Of a DNA stretch of 33,695 bases, positions 1 through 9,090 are shown one piece after another (within the stretch, counting starts at the first letter, position 1; every line of letters begins with the position of its first letter). Position numbers and translations under genes: made by a program. The notes below the pieces were generated by a model that had not been told where the DNA came from, did not search any database, and worked only from the letters and a program-made list of their open reading frames with translations. Source of the stretch: Candidatus Thalassarchaeaceae archaeon (GTDB lineage: Archaea; Thermoplasmatota; Poseidoniia; Poseidoniales; Thalassarchaeaceae); the NCBI GenBank assembly GCA_030747675.1, contig JASLKH010000044.1:1-33695 (forward strand). Direction: 5' to 3'.

Positions 1-1809
1 TCGGGGTGGTTTACCTCATTCACTCAAACTACATTTTCACTAAGTGGTTCTGAATCAGCAAATGTTGGGTTTACATTAGTGCACGACTCACCACCCAACC
101 CAGGACTATACCAATTTGTGATTACAGCCAAGGATGAAGACAACAATATTGAATTCCCCCTCTCAATTACATTGGATGTCCCCGTTCTCCCTGAAATTGA
201 CTTCCAGAGCGTTCTTTCAGTTATTCCAGTTCATCCCACTGAACCAACAAGTTTCACCGTTGATGTTAAGAATATAGGAAATGGAAATCAAGGGTATAAC
301 ATCTATCTTGAACCACCGCTTGGTTGGTGGCTTGGATTGGATAATTTGGGTTCTACAAGTGGATCAACAACTGGTTCAACAGGAGCAATCCCAGTTGATG
401 CGGCTAGAACTGTTGAAATGACTTTGATTCCACCTTCAGGCACACCTTCAGCTGCTGGATTATCAGTATCTGGAAATATGAAAATCATTTCACAAATAGA
501 CCCTGATCAAGAGTGGGATTTACCACTCAACTTTGAAGTAATTGAGTTTGAGTCAGCATTAATTGAAATTGAATCTGAAATGAACCCCCTGCGTCCAGAT
601 TCTACAACTTACTTACAATTCACTGTGACCAATATAGGCAACATACCGTTGACATTAACTCCTAACACTGATGATCGCCCAGGGGGTTGGTCTGTAACAA
701 TGGGAACCCAAAATTTGGAAATCCCAATCGGTGAATCTATTGGCTATGTATTGGGACTTGAAGGAAATGGGTTTGCAGCAGAAGGCCCACTCAATCTTTA
801 CTTTTCAACTCAAAATGGCTATCAATTAACATGGGTGGGTCAACTTGATGTTTTGGAAGAAACAAAACCTGCAGTAAATTTCTATGGCACCACAGATGTA
901 AATGGGAATCTGATACAGGAACAGCCGGTTGGTGAACCGGGATTCATTGGAACATGGCTCATCACTAATGATGGATCTACAGCCTGGACACCGACTGTTT
1001 CTCTCGCACTACCTGATTCTTCCTGGTCTGCATTATGTGACCCAGTTTCCGAAATTTCAGGAGGAGCATCGGCTGAAATTTCTTGTGTTATAATCGCACC
1101 ATCATTTGCCGAGGCTGGATGGCAGCCAGAAATCTCTCTAAATGTAGATGCCCAAGGGACGGTTGCAACATCGATAGATGCGCTTTATATTGCTTCTAAT
1201 CCAAGTGTTGTATGGCAAACAATTTCGATTGATGAATCGATGGCTGATGAAGAATCATACATTTATCTTGAAGTATTGAACACAGGGAATACTGAAATTA
1301 GTGATAGAATATTGATTACATCTCCGAGTGGTTGGGATGTATCTGTTCAAGATGGAGATATTGCCAGTATATCTATCGGTGGTAGGTTAGGAGTTGTCTT
1401 AGTTGTCACTCCAGATTCATCCGGTGAGGGTGTTATAGAAATTGGTTTTGAAACATCTGAAAGTGATGCAATTTTGGATTCCCAGCATTTGGTGAGTATG
1501 GATGTAATATCAAATCCTGATAGTCAAGATACAGGTAGTAGTGTGGGGTTGACAATAGCAATAACTGGGTTAATTGTATTCATCATAGGTGGCCTGATTT
1601 TAGCAGGAATTCTGGTGGTTAAATTACGACAAAAAGCACCTAGTAAAGCCCCCTCTTCCGTTCAGTTTACACAGTATCAAAACAACCCACAAATAGCAAA
1701 TCAAAACCAAGTCATAGCAAACCATCATGCTCAGTCAGGCTTACAGCAAAACTCTGTACAACAACAAGTTCAAACATCAAATCAAGGGGGTCAAAATAAT
1801 GCTAAATAG
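1..1809 (+). CDS. 5'-truncated large surface protein with tandem NEW3/COG1470-like Ig-fold domains, C-terminal TM anchor and Q/N-rich tail
   Basis: The frame is open from base 1 (SGWFTSFTQTTF...), so the GTG at 79 is not the real start. At least 4 repeats of the x-V-x-N-x-G-N...P-x-GW pattern (VKNIGNG, VTNIGNI, ITNDGST, VLNTGNT). Hydrophobic helix VGLTIAITGLIVFIIGGLILAGILVV is followed by KLRQK. Confidence 0.8.
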   Translation, partial: SGWFTSFTQTTFSLSGSESANVGFTLVHDSPPNPGLYQFVITAKDEDNNIEFPLSITLDVPVLPEIDFQSVLSVIPVHPTEPTSFTVDVKNIGNGNQGYNIYLEPPLGWWLGLDNLGSTSGSTTGSTGAIPVDAARTVEMTLIPPSGTPSAAGLSVSGNMKIISQIDPDQEWDLPLNFEVIEFESALIEIESEMNPLRPDSTTYLQFTVTNIGNIPLTLTPNTDDRPGGWSVTMGTQNLEIPIGESIGYVLGLEGNGFAAEGPLNLYFSTQNGYQLTWVGQLDVLEETKPAVNFYGTTDVNGNLIQEQPVGEPGFIGTWLITNDGSTAWTPTVSLALPDSSWSALCDPVSEISGGASAEISCVIIAPSFAEAGWQPEISLNVDAQGTVATSIDALYIASNPSVVWQTISIDESMADEESYIYLEVLNTGNTEISDRILITSPSGWDVSVQDGDIASISIGGRLGVVLVVTPDSSGEGVIEIGFETSESDAILDSQHLVSMDVISNPDSQDTGSSVGLTIAITGLIVFIIGGLILAGILVVKLRQKAPSKAPSSVQFTQYQNNPQIANQNQVIANHHAQSGLQQNSVQQQVQTSNQGGQNNAK

Positions 1810-1873
1810 GGTATTTTCACATCTTACTCCTCAAGCAGTGGACCTTTTGAGGGGGTCTACCCGTGGCCCCTCT

Positions 1874-4609
1874 ATGCGCACACCTGCACGCGGCCCTAGT
1901 TTGTGCTTAGCCGCAATTTTACTTCTTGTTGTTGCTGCACCAATGGCTTCTGCAACAGGAGCCCGCTCCGTTGATGTTTCTTTGTCTGCTGATTCAACAG
2001 CGAAAGACGCAAGTCCAGGAGAACCTGCAGAATACACAATCCGTGTTCGAAACACAGGTGATGAGGATATTACTGTTCAGTTATCCACTTCCCAAGAAGC
2101 CGGGGGCTGTCAAGGCTATACAAGCGCGATTGAACAGGTCCCAGGTACTATTTCAGCAAATTCTTTTGAAGACGTAATACTCACCGTAAATGTCACAGAT
2201 GACACAGCCGAACAAGTAGCAGATGATTGCGATACTACAGTAAATGCCAATGCAAATCCCGCAGAACCTCTTTCCACTAGTCCACCTACTCAAGCTGATA
2301 TCACTGTAACAACTTCAAAATCCGAAGGTTCAGGAAATGCACTTTATGGCGTGGAATTATCCACGAATACTGCTACAAAAAATTACAACGGACAAGAAAC
2401 AGTCGAATTTATTGTGAATGTCAAAAATAGTGGACAATCCCAAGCCTCAATATCTCTTGAAATGACAGATTCATCTTCGTGTAGATCGGATGGGCTGAAT
2501 CCATCGATAGACCCTACAACTATGACATTGCAATCTGATGATGAAGAAGAAGCAACAGTATCAATTCCTGTACCTGATGGTGAGCAAACTGAAGCAGGGA
2601 GCCATTGTTTCATAGTTCGTGCGACGGTCACAAATGATCCTAACCAACAAAACCAGGCTCAAGACAACTTGTCCTTAACATTGAATATACCTGAACTCCA
2701 TGAATGTGAGGCTAGCGTTTCACCACAATCAATGACATTATCTCCAGGTGAATCTGAAACAGGAACTCTCAGTTTGAGCAATGCTGGAAATAGTGATTGG
2801 ACAGTAACATTTGGTAAATCTGGAGAAAAAGCAAGTTGGGTGAATCCTTCCCAAAGTACAAGTTTACTAGAGTACGATAACGGGAATGGTGAAACCAGTT
2901 TTTCATTCACTATTCAAGCAGATGATAGTTTATCCGCTGGCTCAACAACATCGATTTTGATTAGAGGTTTAGATGGGAATAGTATGCGCTGTGAGGATAC
3001 AATTCAAATCACAGTTGGGCAATCATATGCTGTTTCCGCCTCACTTTCGAGTAATAACCTCCACCAGATTGACCCAGGGACATCAGATTCAACGCAATTG
3101 ACAGTTACAAATAATGGCAATGGACAAGACACATTTTCAATCAGTCATTCTCCAGTGCCTAGCGGTTGGACGATTACATTGGAAGAGTCGACTGTATCAT
3201 TGGAAGGAAAGCAAGCATCGAATAGTGCACGACAGACTAGTGTAGAAGTAACTGTTTCCGTTCCTACTGATGCCTTGGCTGATGAGGCAGAGGAAATTAC
3301 AATCACTGTGACTAGTTTGGGCTCATCATCAGCAAGCGCATCAGATAATTTAGATGTGACTGTTGCTGAAAGACATGCCTTGATTGGTGAAGTCCTTTCA
3401 GTAGATCAAACTGGTCGGAGTGATGAAAATATTCTCTTCCCATTAACAATAACAAACGATGGTAACGTTCAGGATTCGTTCCGACTACGGGCTTGTGATC
3501 CATCCCAAGGAGCAGGAGGGTCTTGTGCATCCCCAACATGGTCTTCTCGCTATGTAGATTCAACTGGACAAGTATTGACACAAATTTCGCTTAATGCTGG
3601 CGAATCTCAACAGGTATATCTTGAAGTTGAGATTCCCGCAGAAGGGAATGTTGAAGAAGGCGATTATCTCCAAATTGAAATCAGAGTTAACATTCTTTCA
3701 GCCCCATCAAATGAATTTTCGAAAGTTGTTACCGCTAGAGTCTCAAATTTTGATTATCTGATGCAGCTAATTCTTTCAAACCCACAAGGTGCACCAGATT
3801 CAATGAGCATGAAACTACCTCCTGGTGGCGAATTTACTGTTCTGATGACTTTGACCAATGTTGGTAATTCATACTTCACAGAAAATGCTTTATTCACAGT
3901 TAATGGGTTGGAATCGACAATTTCAAGAGAATTATCTGTGAATGGGTTAGATGTTGAAATTGCAACTCAACCCTACGAAATAGGACAAACAAATGCTTCC
4001 GCTTCCGTTGAGGTCACTTTCAAGGTTTTACCAGGTGTTCCAAATGGGGAAGGGGGCGTAGTCAACGTTTGTGCAGCATCAATGAGGAATACTGCAACCC
4101 CATCTTGTGTTGCTGTGGTGATCACTGTTGAAACTGTCCATGATTTATCGGTTGAAGTAGTCGATGGCCCAGAGCGCAATATTTCATTTACATCGGGTGA
4201 ATTAAACTATGCCGATTTTTATGTTGAGATCACAAATTCAGGAAATGTTGAAGAAGAAGTAGTCGTCAGTTCAACAGAAGGTCTTCGAGGATGGACTGTA
4301 GATATTGATGTCTCTCAAGATGGATTCAAATTAGAACCGGGAACTTCTCGCACAATTCAGGTTCGTGTCAAACCTCCTGTTGAAATGTCATTTTCAGATG
4401 AGTTTGAGTTCACATTGATTGTGACACCAGAAAGCGCTCCTGTGGCGGCTCAACCAATTGATATGAAAGTCAATGCCGATTTGGAAGAAAGTATGTTTGG
4501 ATTGAGCTCAGAAACTTGGAACATGGTCACATGGGGAGTATTGGGTGTAATTGCAATTGCAATTCTAATACTAGTCTTTTCTAATCGCCGTCGCAGCCAA
4601 CTTATTTGA
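1874..4609 (+). CDS. Secreted, membrane-anchored protein with about 7 NEW3/COG1470-like Ig-fold repeats
   Basis: ATG 1874 is preferred over 1727, which overlaps the upstream gene. Signal peptide MRTPARGPSLCLAAILLLVVAAPMASA. Seven N-x-G motifs (RNTGD, KNSGQ, SNAGN, TNNGN, TNDGN, TNVGN, TNSGN) and paired Cys residues. C-terminal TM WGVLGVIAIAILILVF followed by NRRR. Confidence 0.8.
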   Translation: MRTPARGPSLCLAAILLLVVAAPMASATGARSVDVSLSADSTAKDASPGEPAEYTIRVRNTGDEDITVQLSTSQEAGGCQGYTSAIEQVPGTISANSFEDVILTVNVTDDTAEQVADDCDTTVNANANPAEPLSTSPPTQADITVTTSKSEGSGNALYGVELSTNTATKNYNGQETVEFIVNVKNSGQSQASISLEMTDSSSCRSDGLNPSIDPTTMTLQSDDEEEATVSIPVPDGEQTEAGSHCFIVRATVTNDPNQQNQAQDNLSLTLNIPELHECEASVSPQSMTLSPGESETGTLSLSNAGNSDWTVTFGKSGEKASWVNPSQSTSLLEYDNGNGETSFSFTIQADDSLSAGSTTSILIRGLDGNSMRCEDTIQITVGQSYAVSASLSSNNLHQIDPGTSDSTQLTVTNNGNGQDTFSISHSPVPSGWTITLEESTVSLEGKQASNSARQTSVEVTVSVPTDALADEAEEITITVTSLGSSSASASDNLDVTVAERHALIGEVLSVDQTGRSDENILFPLTITNDGNVQDSFRLRACDPSQGAGGSCASPTWSSRYVDSTGQVLTQISLNAGESQQVYLEVEIPAEGNVEEGDYLQIEIRVNILSAPSNEFSKVVTARVSNFDYLMQLILSNPQGAPDSMSMKLPPGGEFTVLMTLTNVGNSYFTENALFTVNGLESTISRELSVNGLDVEIATQPYEIGQTNASASVEVTFKVLPGVPNGEGGVVNVCAASMRNTATPSCVAVVITVETVHDLSVEVVDGPERNISFTSGELNYADFYVEITNSGNVEEEVVVSSTEGLRGWTVDIDVSQDGFKLEPGTSRTIQVRVKPPVEMSFSDEFEFTLIVTPESAPVAAQPIDMKVNADLEESMFGLSSETWNMVTWGVLGVIAIAILILVFSNRRRSQLI

Positions 4610-4613
4610 CACA

Positions 4614-4644
4614 ATAATTTCACTGTTAATCTCAGTGTAATTAT
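4614..4644. terminator. Inverted repeat just after the surface-protein stop codon (terminator or operator candidate)
   Basis: ATAATTTCACTG-ttaatct-CAGTGTAATTAT: 12-bp arms with one mismatch, starting 4 bp after the TGA at 4609. Confidence 0.35.
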
Positions 4645-4740
4645 GGCTACTCTTACCTCCATTTGTTGTACAAAGTCTAGCACTAGGGGCGACGCCTTTC
4701 AGGATATGCTTATGATGCCTCTTTGAGTCGAACGTTCTGT

Positions 4741-4759
4741 AGGAACCCATAGGGTTCCT
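4741..4759. promoter_or_regulatory. Perfect palindrome upstream of nuoA
   Basis: AGGAACCC-ATA-GGGTTCCT, ending 14 nt before the nuoA ATG. Confidence 0.4.
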
Positions 4760-4773
4760 TCGGGGCGATATGA

Positions 4774-5241
4774 ATGGCTACTGTGTCTGCCGACTATCTA
4801 TCTCTTGGATTGATGACCATTGTCGGTATTTTATTCCCTCTATCTGCCTTCATACTCTCACGCTTCCTACGTCCAATGCCTGATCCAAATGACCCTACCA
4901 AACTCCGCTCTTTTTTGCTAGACGGGTATGAAACTGACCAATCTTTGTATGTTCGTCGACTAAGCTCATACGAATGTGGCGCAGATCCAGTTGGAGATGC
5001 CATGATTGACTTTCATTTCCAATATTATTGGTATGCAATAGTATTCCTTGTTTTTGACATCGCCTTCATGTTCTTGGCATTCGGCGGTATTGTGGCCATG
5101 AATGCGGATCAAAGCATTGTAGAGGGTTCAGGTAGTGTTGACGCGGCAATTGGAGCCCTCACCACATTACTTGTCTTCATGACTTTGATGGGCTTGGGTG
5201 TTTGGTACGTATTCCGAAAGCGAGGCAGAATTTACATCTGA
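4774..5241 (+). CDS. nuoA: Complex I-like oxidoreductase subunit A
   Basis: Three TM helices; YECGADP and FHFQYYWYAIVFLVFDI motifs; first gene of the operon. Confidence 0.95.
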   Translation: MATVSADYLSLGLMTIVGILFPLSAFILSRFLRPMPDPNDPTKLRSFLLDGYETDQSLYVRRLSSYECGADPVGDAMIDFHFQYYWYAIVFLVFDIAFMFLAFGGIVAMNADQSIVEGSGSVDAAIGALTTLLVFMTLMGLGVWYVFRKRGRIYI

Positions 5242-5250
5242 GGTGATTTG

Positions 5251-5844
5251 ATGGAAGATGGTACAAATTATACTGCATTCAGTAGTCGAGGATTACTTGA
5301 TGTTATTGGGGAAGTCAATGATAATGCCCTCAAGGCTTCACGAATGAAAGATTTCATTTCAGTCCTTGGTGGCCGATTTTTGAATTGGGCACAAAGAAAA
5401 TCACTATTCCCCCTGCATTTGGGGATAAAGTGCTGTGCTTTGGAAATGGCAGCTTCTGGTGGACCAAGATTCGATGCTGAAAGCTTTGGAGTAGTATTTC
5501 GAAGCAGCCCTCGTCAATGTGATGTTTTACTAGTTAATGGTCCAATCTCAAAGAAATTTGCAGACCCCATTGTCCGCCTTTGGGAACAAATGCCAGAACC
5601 AAAGTGGTGTATTGCCATGGGTGAATGTGCAATTTCTGGTGGTCCTTACTATCAGTCCTACAATATTCTTGAAGGAGTTGATACGATAATTCCCGTTGAT
5701 GTTTACATTCCAGGGTGCCCCCCTAGGCCCGAGGCTCTGATAGACGGGTTTAGCAAATTACGCGAGAAGATTATCCGAATAGGAGCAGTACCAAGTAATG
5801 AGGAAGAAGTACGTGGAACTCCAATCATTATCGCAGACGATTGA
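5251..5844 (+). CDS. nuoB: Complex I-like subunit B (N2 Fe-S cluster)
   Basis: GIKCCALEM, FRSSPRQCD, WCIAMGECAISGGPY and PVDVYIPGCPPRPEA motifs. GAGGTGA RBS at 5240-5246 before ATG 5251 (in-frame TTG at 5248). Confidence 0.97.
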   Translation: MEDGTNYTAFSSRGLLDVIGEVNDNALKASRMKDFISVLGGRFLNWAQRKSLFPLHLGIKCCALEMAASGGPRFDAESFGVVFRSSPRQCDVLLVNGPISKKFADPIVRLWEQMPEPKWCIAMGECAISGGPYYQSYNILEGVDTIIPVDVYIPGCPPRPEALIDGFSKLREKIIRIGAVPSNEEEVRGTPIIIADD

Positions 5845-5853
5845 GGTGTTGAA

Positions 5854-6501
5854 ATGGGAATGTCAGTTTCAGCAAAGCAAGCCAAATCCGCATCCTCGGA
5901 CATGGTCAAAGATCTCAATTCAAAATTTGGAAAAGAGGGTCTTGAAGCAGAAGTACGTAACAAAACAGGTGGATCACGAAAATACGCATATGTGTATGTT
6001 GAAACACCCCCTGAAATCTGGAACAAAGTTGCCAAATGGATGTTGTGGAAAAAAGGCGTTGATCATTGTTCAATGATTACAGGGATTCATTGGCCTGAAA
6101 AGGAGAACCATTGGCAAGTTGTTGTTCATCTCATGCGCATGGGTGTCAAAAACCCGAAAGGCGAACCAATAATAGTAGATACATCCAATCTTGTCACATC
6201 ACAAGTCCCTGTTGAAATTGAAGTTAACATGTCTCTTCCTGCAGGTCGCGAACCCAGCGTTCCCAGCGTGGCAGACGTGTGGGTTGGCGCTGATTGGAAT
6301 GAGAAGGAAACATGGGATTTATTGGGTATAGATTTCGAGGGTCATGAAGGTATGCGACGAGTCCTATTACCTCATGATACACCAACAGGATATCATCCAT
6401 TACAGAAACAGCACAAACTCCGTTATCATGATTTTAATGAAATGTATGATGATCCACAAGGCTTTGGACGAAAGCCCGCAGACATTGGGAGGCAGAAGTA
6501 A
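5854..6501 (+). CDS. nuoC: Complex I-like subunit C
   Basis: PSVPSVADVWVGADWNEKETWDLLGIDFEGH...RRVLLP...HPLQK signature; GAGGTG RBS. Confidence 0.93.
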   Translation: MGMSVSAKQAKSASSDMVKDLNSKFGKEGLEAEVRNKTGGSRKYAYVYVETPPEIWNKVAKWMLWKKGVDHCSMITGIHWPEKENHWQVVVHLMRMGVKNPKGEPIIVDTSNLVTSQVPVEIEVNMSLPAGREPSVPSVADVWVGADWNEKETWDLLGIDFEGHEGMRRVLLPHDTPTGYHPLQKQHKLRYHDFNEMYDDPQGFGRKPADIGRQK

Positions 6502-7637
6502 TGGCAGAGATGTGGATTTCAATGGGCCCTCAACACCCTATGACACATGGTCTTTGGACTTTGAAAGTAAAAGTTGATGGTGAAACTGTTGTTGATACAG
6601 AGCCTGATTTAGGTTATATCCACCGGGGTGTAGAAAAGATTTGTGAAGCTAGAGACTTTACTCAAATCACCCCCTATTGCGATAGGTTATGCTATGCAAG
6701 TGCAAATACGTGGTCACATGCATACATTTACGCCGCAGAAGACTTACTTGAGGTTGAAGTTCCAGAACGTGCTGAATATATTCGATTAGTTGCCGTTGAG
6801 TTACAACGCATTGCTAGCCACCTGATGTGGTTGGGCGCATATTGTCCAGATATTGGAAGCCTTACAGGGATGGTTTGGTGTCTTAGAGAACGTGAGATGA
6901 TGATGGACCTTCTTCAAGAATTAGGTGGTTCCCGTATGCATTACAATTTCCCACGAGTTGGAGGGGTGAAGCGTGATTTACCAATCGGTTTCGCAGTTAG
7001 ATGCAGAGCAAAACTAAAGCTATTTTTGGATAGAATACAAGAATACGAGGCAATACTTGACGAATCAACAATTTTCCTTGTACGCACCCAAGGAGTAGGT
7101 TATGCTAAGGCAACAGACATGGTCAACCACGGAGTAACTGGGCCAAATGTTCGCGCTGCTGGGCATAATTACGATGTCCGATGGGCCCACCCTTATTCTG
7201 TGTATGACGAGGTAGACTGGACTCCGTCTGTGGAACGTCCATCAATTAAGGGCAGTGATTGCTATGATAGATACCGAGTCCGAGTTGAAGAAATGCGTCA
7301 GAGCGCACTCATGGTCATGGATGCTTTAAACAAAATTCCAGGAGGTGCAGATACACATTACTCCCCCGGTGATGAAGCAATTATCGGCAAGGCGCCAACG
7401 AGATCAGCAGATGGACAAACTGGATTCCATCATTTTGAAGACACTCGCGGTGAATCAATGTTCTATCTTGCAGGTGGCGGAGCTGAACGAGGTAAAAACC
7501 CCTACAGGGTATCAATACGTAGTCCAATGTTCATTACAATTCCTTACGCTTCGAAGTGTATGATTGGTTACAAAATTGCAGACATACCAGCCATCATGGG
7601 TTCATTTGACCCATGCATTGGAGAAACAGACAGGTGA
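6501..7637 (+). CDS. nuoD: Complex I-like subunit D (quinone-binding)
   Basis: MGPQHPMTHG, GYIHRGVEK, DRLCY, ELQRIASHL and C-terminal DPCIGETDR. Start overlaps the nuoC stop (TAATG). Confidence 0.97.
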   Translation: MAEMWISMGPQHPMTHGLWTLKVKVDGETVVDTEPDLGYIHRGVEKICEARDFTQITPYCDRLCYASANTWSHAYIYAAEDLLEVEVPERAEYIRLVAVELQRIASHLMWLGAYCPDIGSLTGMVWCLREREMMMDLLQELGGSRMHYNFPRVGGVKRDLPIGFAVRCRAKLKLFLDRIQEYEAILDESTIFLVRTQGVGYAKATDMVNHGVTGPNVRAAGHNYDVRWAHPYSVYDEVDWTPSVERPSIKGSDCYDRYRVRVEEMRQSALMVMDALNKIPGGADTHYSPGDEAIIGKAPTRSADGQTGFHHFEDTRGESMFYLAGGGAERGKNPYRVSIRSPMFITIPYASKCMIGYKIADIPAIMGSFDPCIGETDR

Positions 7638-7641
7638 TACA

Positions 7642-9090
7642 ATGACAAGTGATGTTCTTGATTTACGTGGATGGGTCCGTCAAGCGATGGATTTTGTTGC
7701 CGAGAATACAGTAGGGGCATCAAGGCATTGGGAATATACGGATAGCACTGCTTGGTTTTTGACTGAATTTATCATGTGTGTTGCTGCTTTTTCTGGAATC
7801 ATGGGGACACTTCCTGTTTTGCTTTGGATGGAGCGAAAATTGTTAGGCAGATTCATGGATAGACGTGGAGCTAGAACTTCACTTCGAAGTTTGTGGGTCG
7901 GAGAGAATGGGGTTACTGCAGGAGAATGGTGGAACCAATTACCATTTGGGACAGGTGTTCCTATTGGAATGCTCAATAGAACACTAAACAATGTTGCAGG
8001 TAATGATCATGAGTCCGCAGAAGTATCACGTGTCAATAATCGTTCATATCATGGAGTATGGTGGCTTTTACCCGGCTTTTTCCAGAATGTCGCTGATGGC
8101 ATGAAATTCTTGACAAAAGAGCATATGGTACCCGAGAGAGCAGACCGTTCAGTATACGAAATCGCTCCATTCCTAATTATAGCAACAACAGTCATGTGCT
8201 TCGTATTCATCCCGCTAAGCCCCCACTATTATGCAAATAATTCTGAACTCTCAATCTTATTCTTGTTCGCAGTATTCAGTGTTGCCCCCCTTGGTGTATT
8301 CTTTGCTGGTTGGTCTTCAAATAACAAGTACACACTACTAGGCGGAATACGTTCAGCAGCACAATTGACGGCTTACGAAATTCCATTGCTGATTACCGTG
8401 CTCAGTGTAGTTGTACTTTCGGGTTCATTCAATATGATTGAAGTCATTGAATTCCAAGCAGATAGTGGCGTATGGAACTTGTTCCTTCTACCACTGGGGG
8501 CTTTGTTATTCATAGTCACAATGGTTGCAGAAGTTGAGAGAATACCATTCGATATGCCTGAGGCTGAGGCAGAACTTGTTGAAGGGTGGTGGACCGAATA
8601 TGGTGGTTTGCGATGGGGCCTAATGTTTGCAAGTGAATATTTGCGAACATATGCTGCATGTATCCTCTTCGCTCACTTTTTCCTTGGAGGTTGGGAAGCA
8701 CCAATGGAAGACACTATACCATATGTATCAATGATTCCTCACATACTCTGGGTTTTCCTCAAGGCTTGGTTCATTTTCATATTCTTTGTATGGTTTAGAG
8801 CGGCTTTGCATCGTGTACGTACAGATCAAATACTCGAGTTTGGATGGCGATGGCTCCTTCCATTAAGCCTTGTTAATTTGGCCATGGCTGTTGTACTTCG
8901 ACTTTGGGTGTATGATGGTATTGAGGGAGAATGGCCCATTCTTGTACCAATTTTGATTACCACCATAGGATTGACATTATTCATATTGTTGTCAATTGAT
9001 GAAGATCCAGAAGCACTGGAAGCACGTACTCGTCCATACAATGTACAAACACCGTCTGGCCCGGCAGGACCCGGTCAACATAGGGAGTGA
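7642..9090 (+). CDS. nuoH: Complex I-like subunit H
   Basis: WMERKLLGRFMDRRG, ADGMKFLTKE, AEVERIPFDMPEAEAELVEGWWTEYGG and R-x-R-x-DQ motifs. CAGGTGA RBS before ATG 7642; the ORF-track start at 7564 overlaps nuoD. Confidence 0.96.
   Translation: MTSDVLDLRGWVRQAMDFVAENTVGASRHWEYTDSTAWFLTEFIMCVAAFSGIMGTLPVLLWMERKLLGRFMDRRGARTSLRSLWVGENGVTAGEWWNQLPFGTGVPIGMLNRTLNNVAGNDHESAEVSRVNNRSYHGVWWLLPGFFQNVADGMKFLTKEHMVPERADRSVYEIAPFLIIATTVMCFVFIPLSPHYYANNSELSILFLFAVFSVAPLGVFFAGWSSNNKYTLLGGIRSAAQLTAYEIPLLITVLSVVVLSGSFNMIEVIEFQADSGVWNLFLLPLGALLFIVTMVAEVERIPFDMPEAEAELVEGWWTEYGGLRWGLMFASEYLRTYAACILFAHFFLGGWEAPMEDTIPYVSMIPHILWVFLKAWFIFIFFVWFRAALHRVRTDQILEFGWRWLLPLSLVNLAMAVVLRLWVYDGIEGEWPILVPILITTIGLTLFILLSIDEDPEALEARTRPYNVQTPSGPAGPGQHRE

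Noticed and set aside
1727-1873. N-terminal extension of the 960-aa ORF
   Set aside because: It overlaps the upstream gene and would bury the signal peptide; ATG 1874 fits better.
6501-7637. Group 4 [NiFe]-hydrogenase large subunit
   Set aside because: The second Cys of both CxxC motifs is missing, the quinone-site His and Tyr are present, and the context is a full nuoH-N membrane arm.
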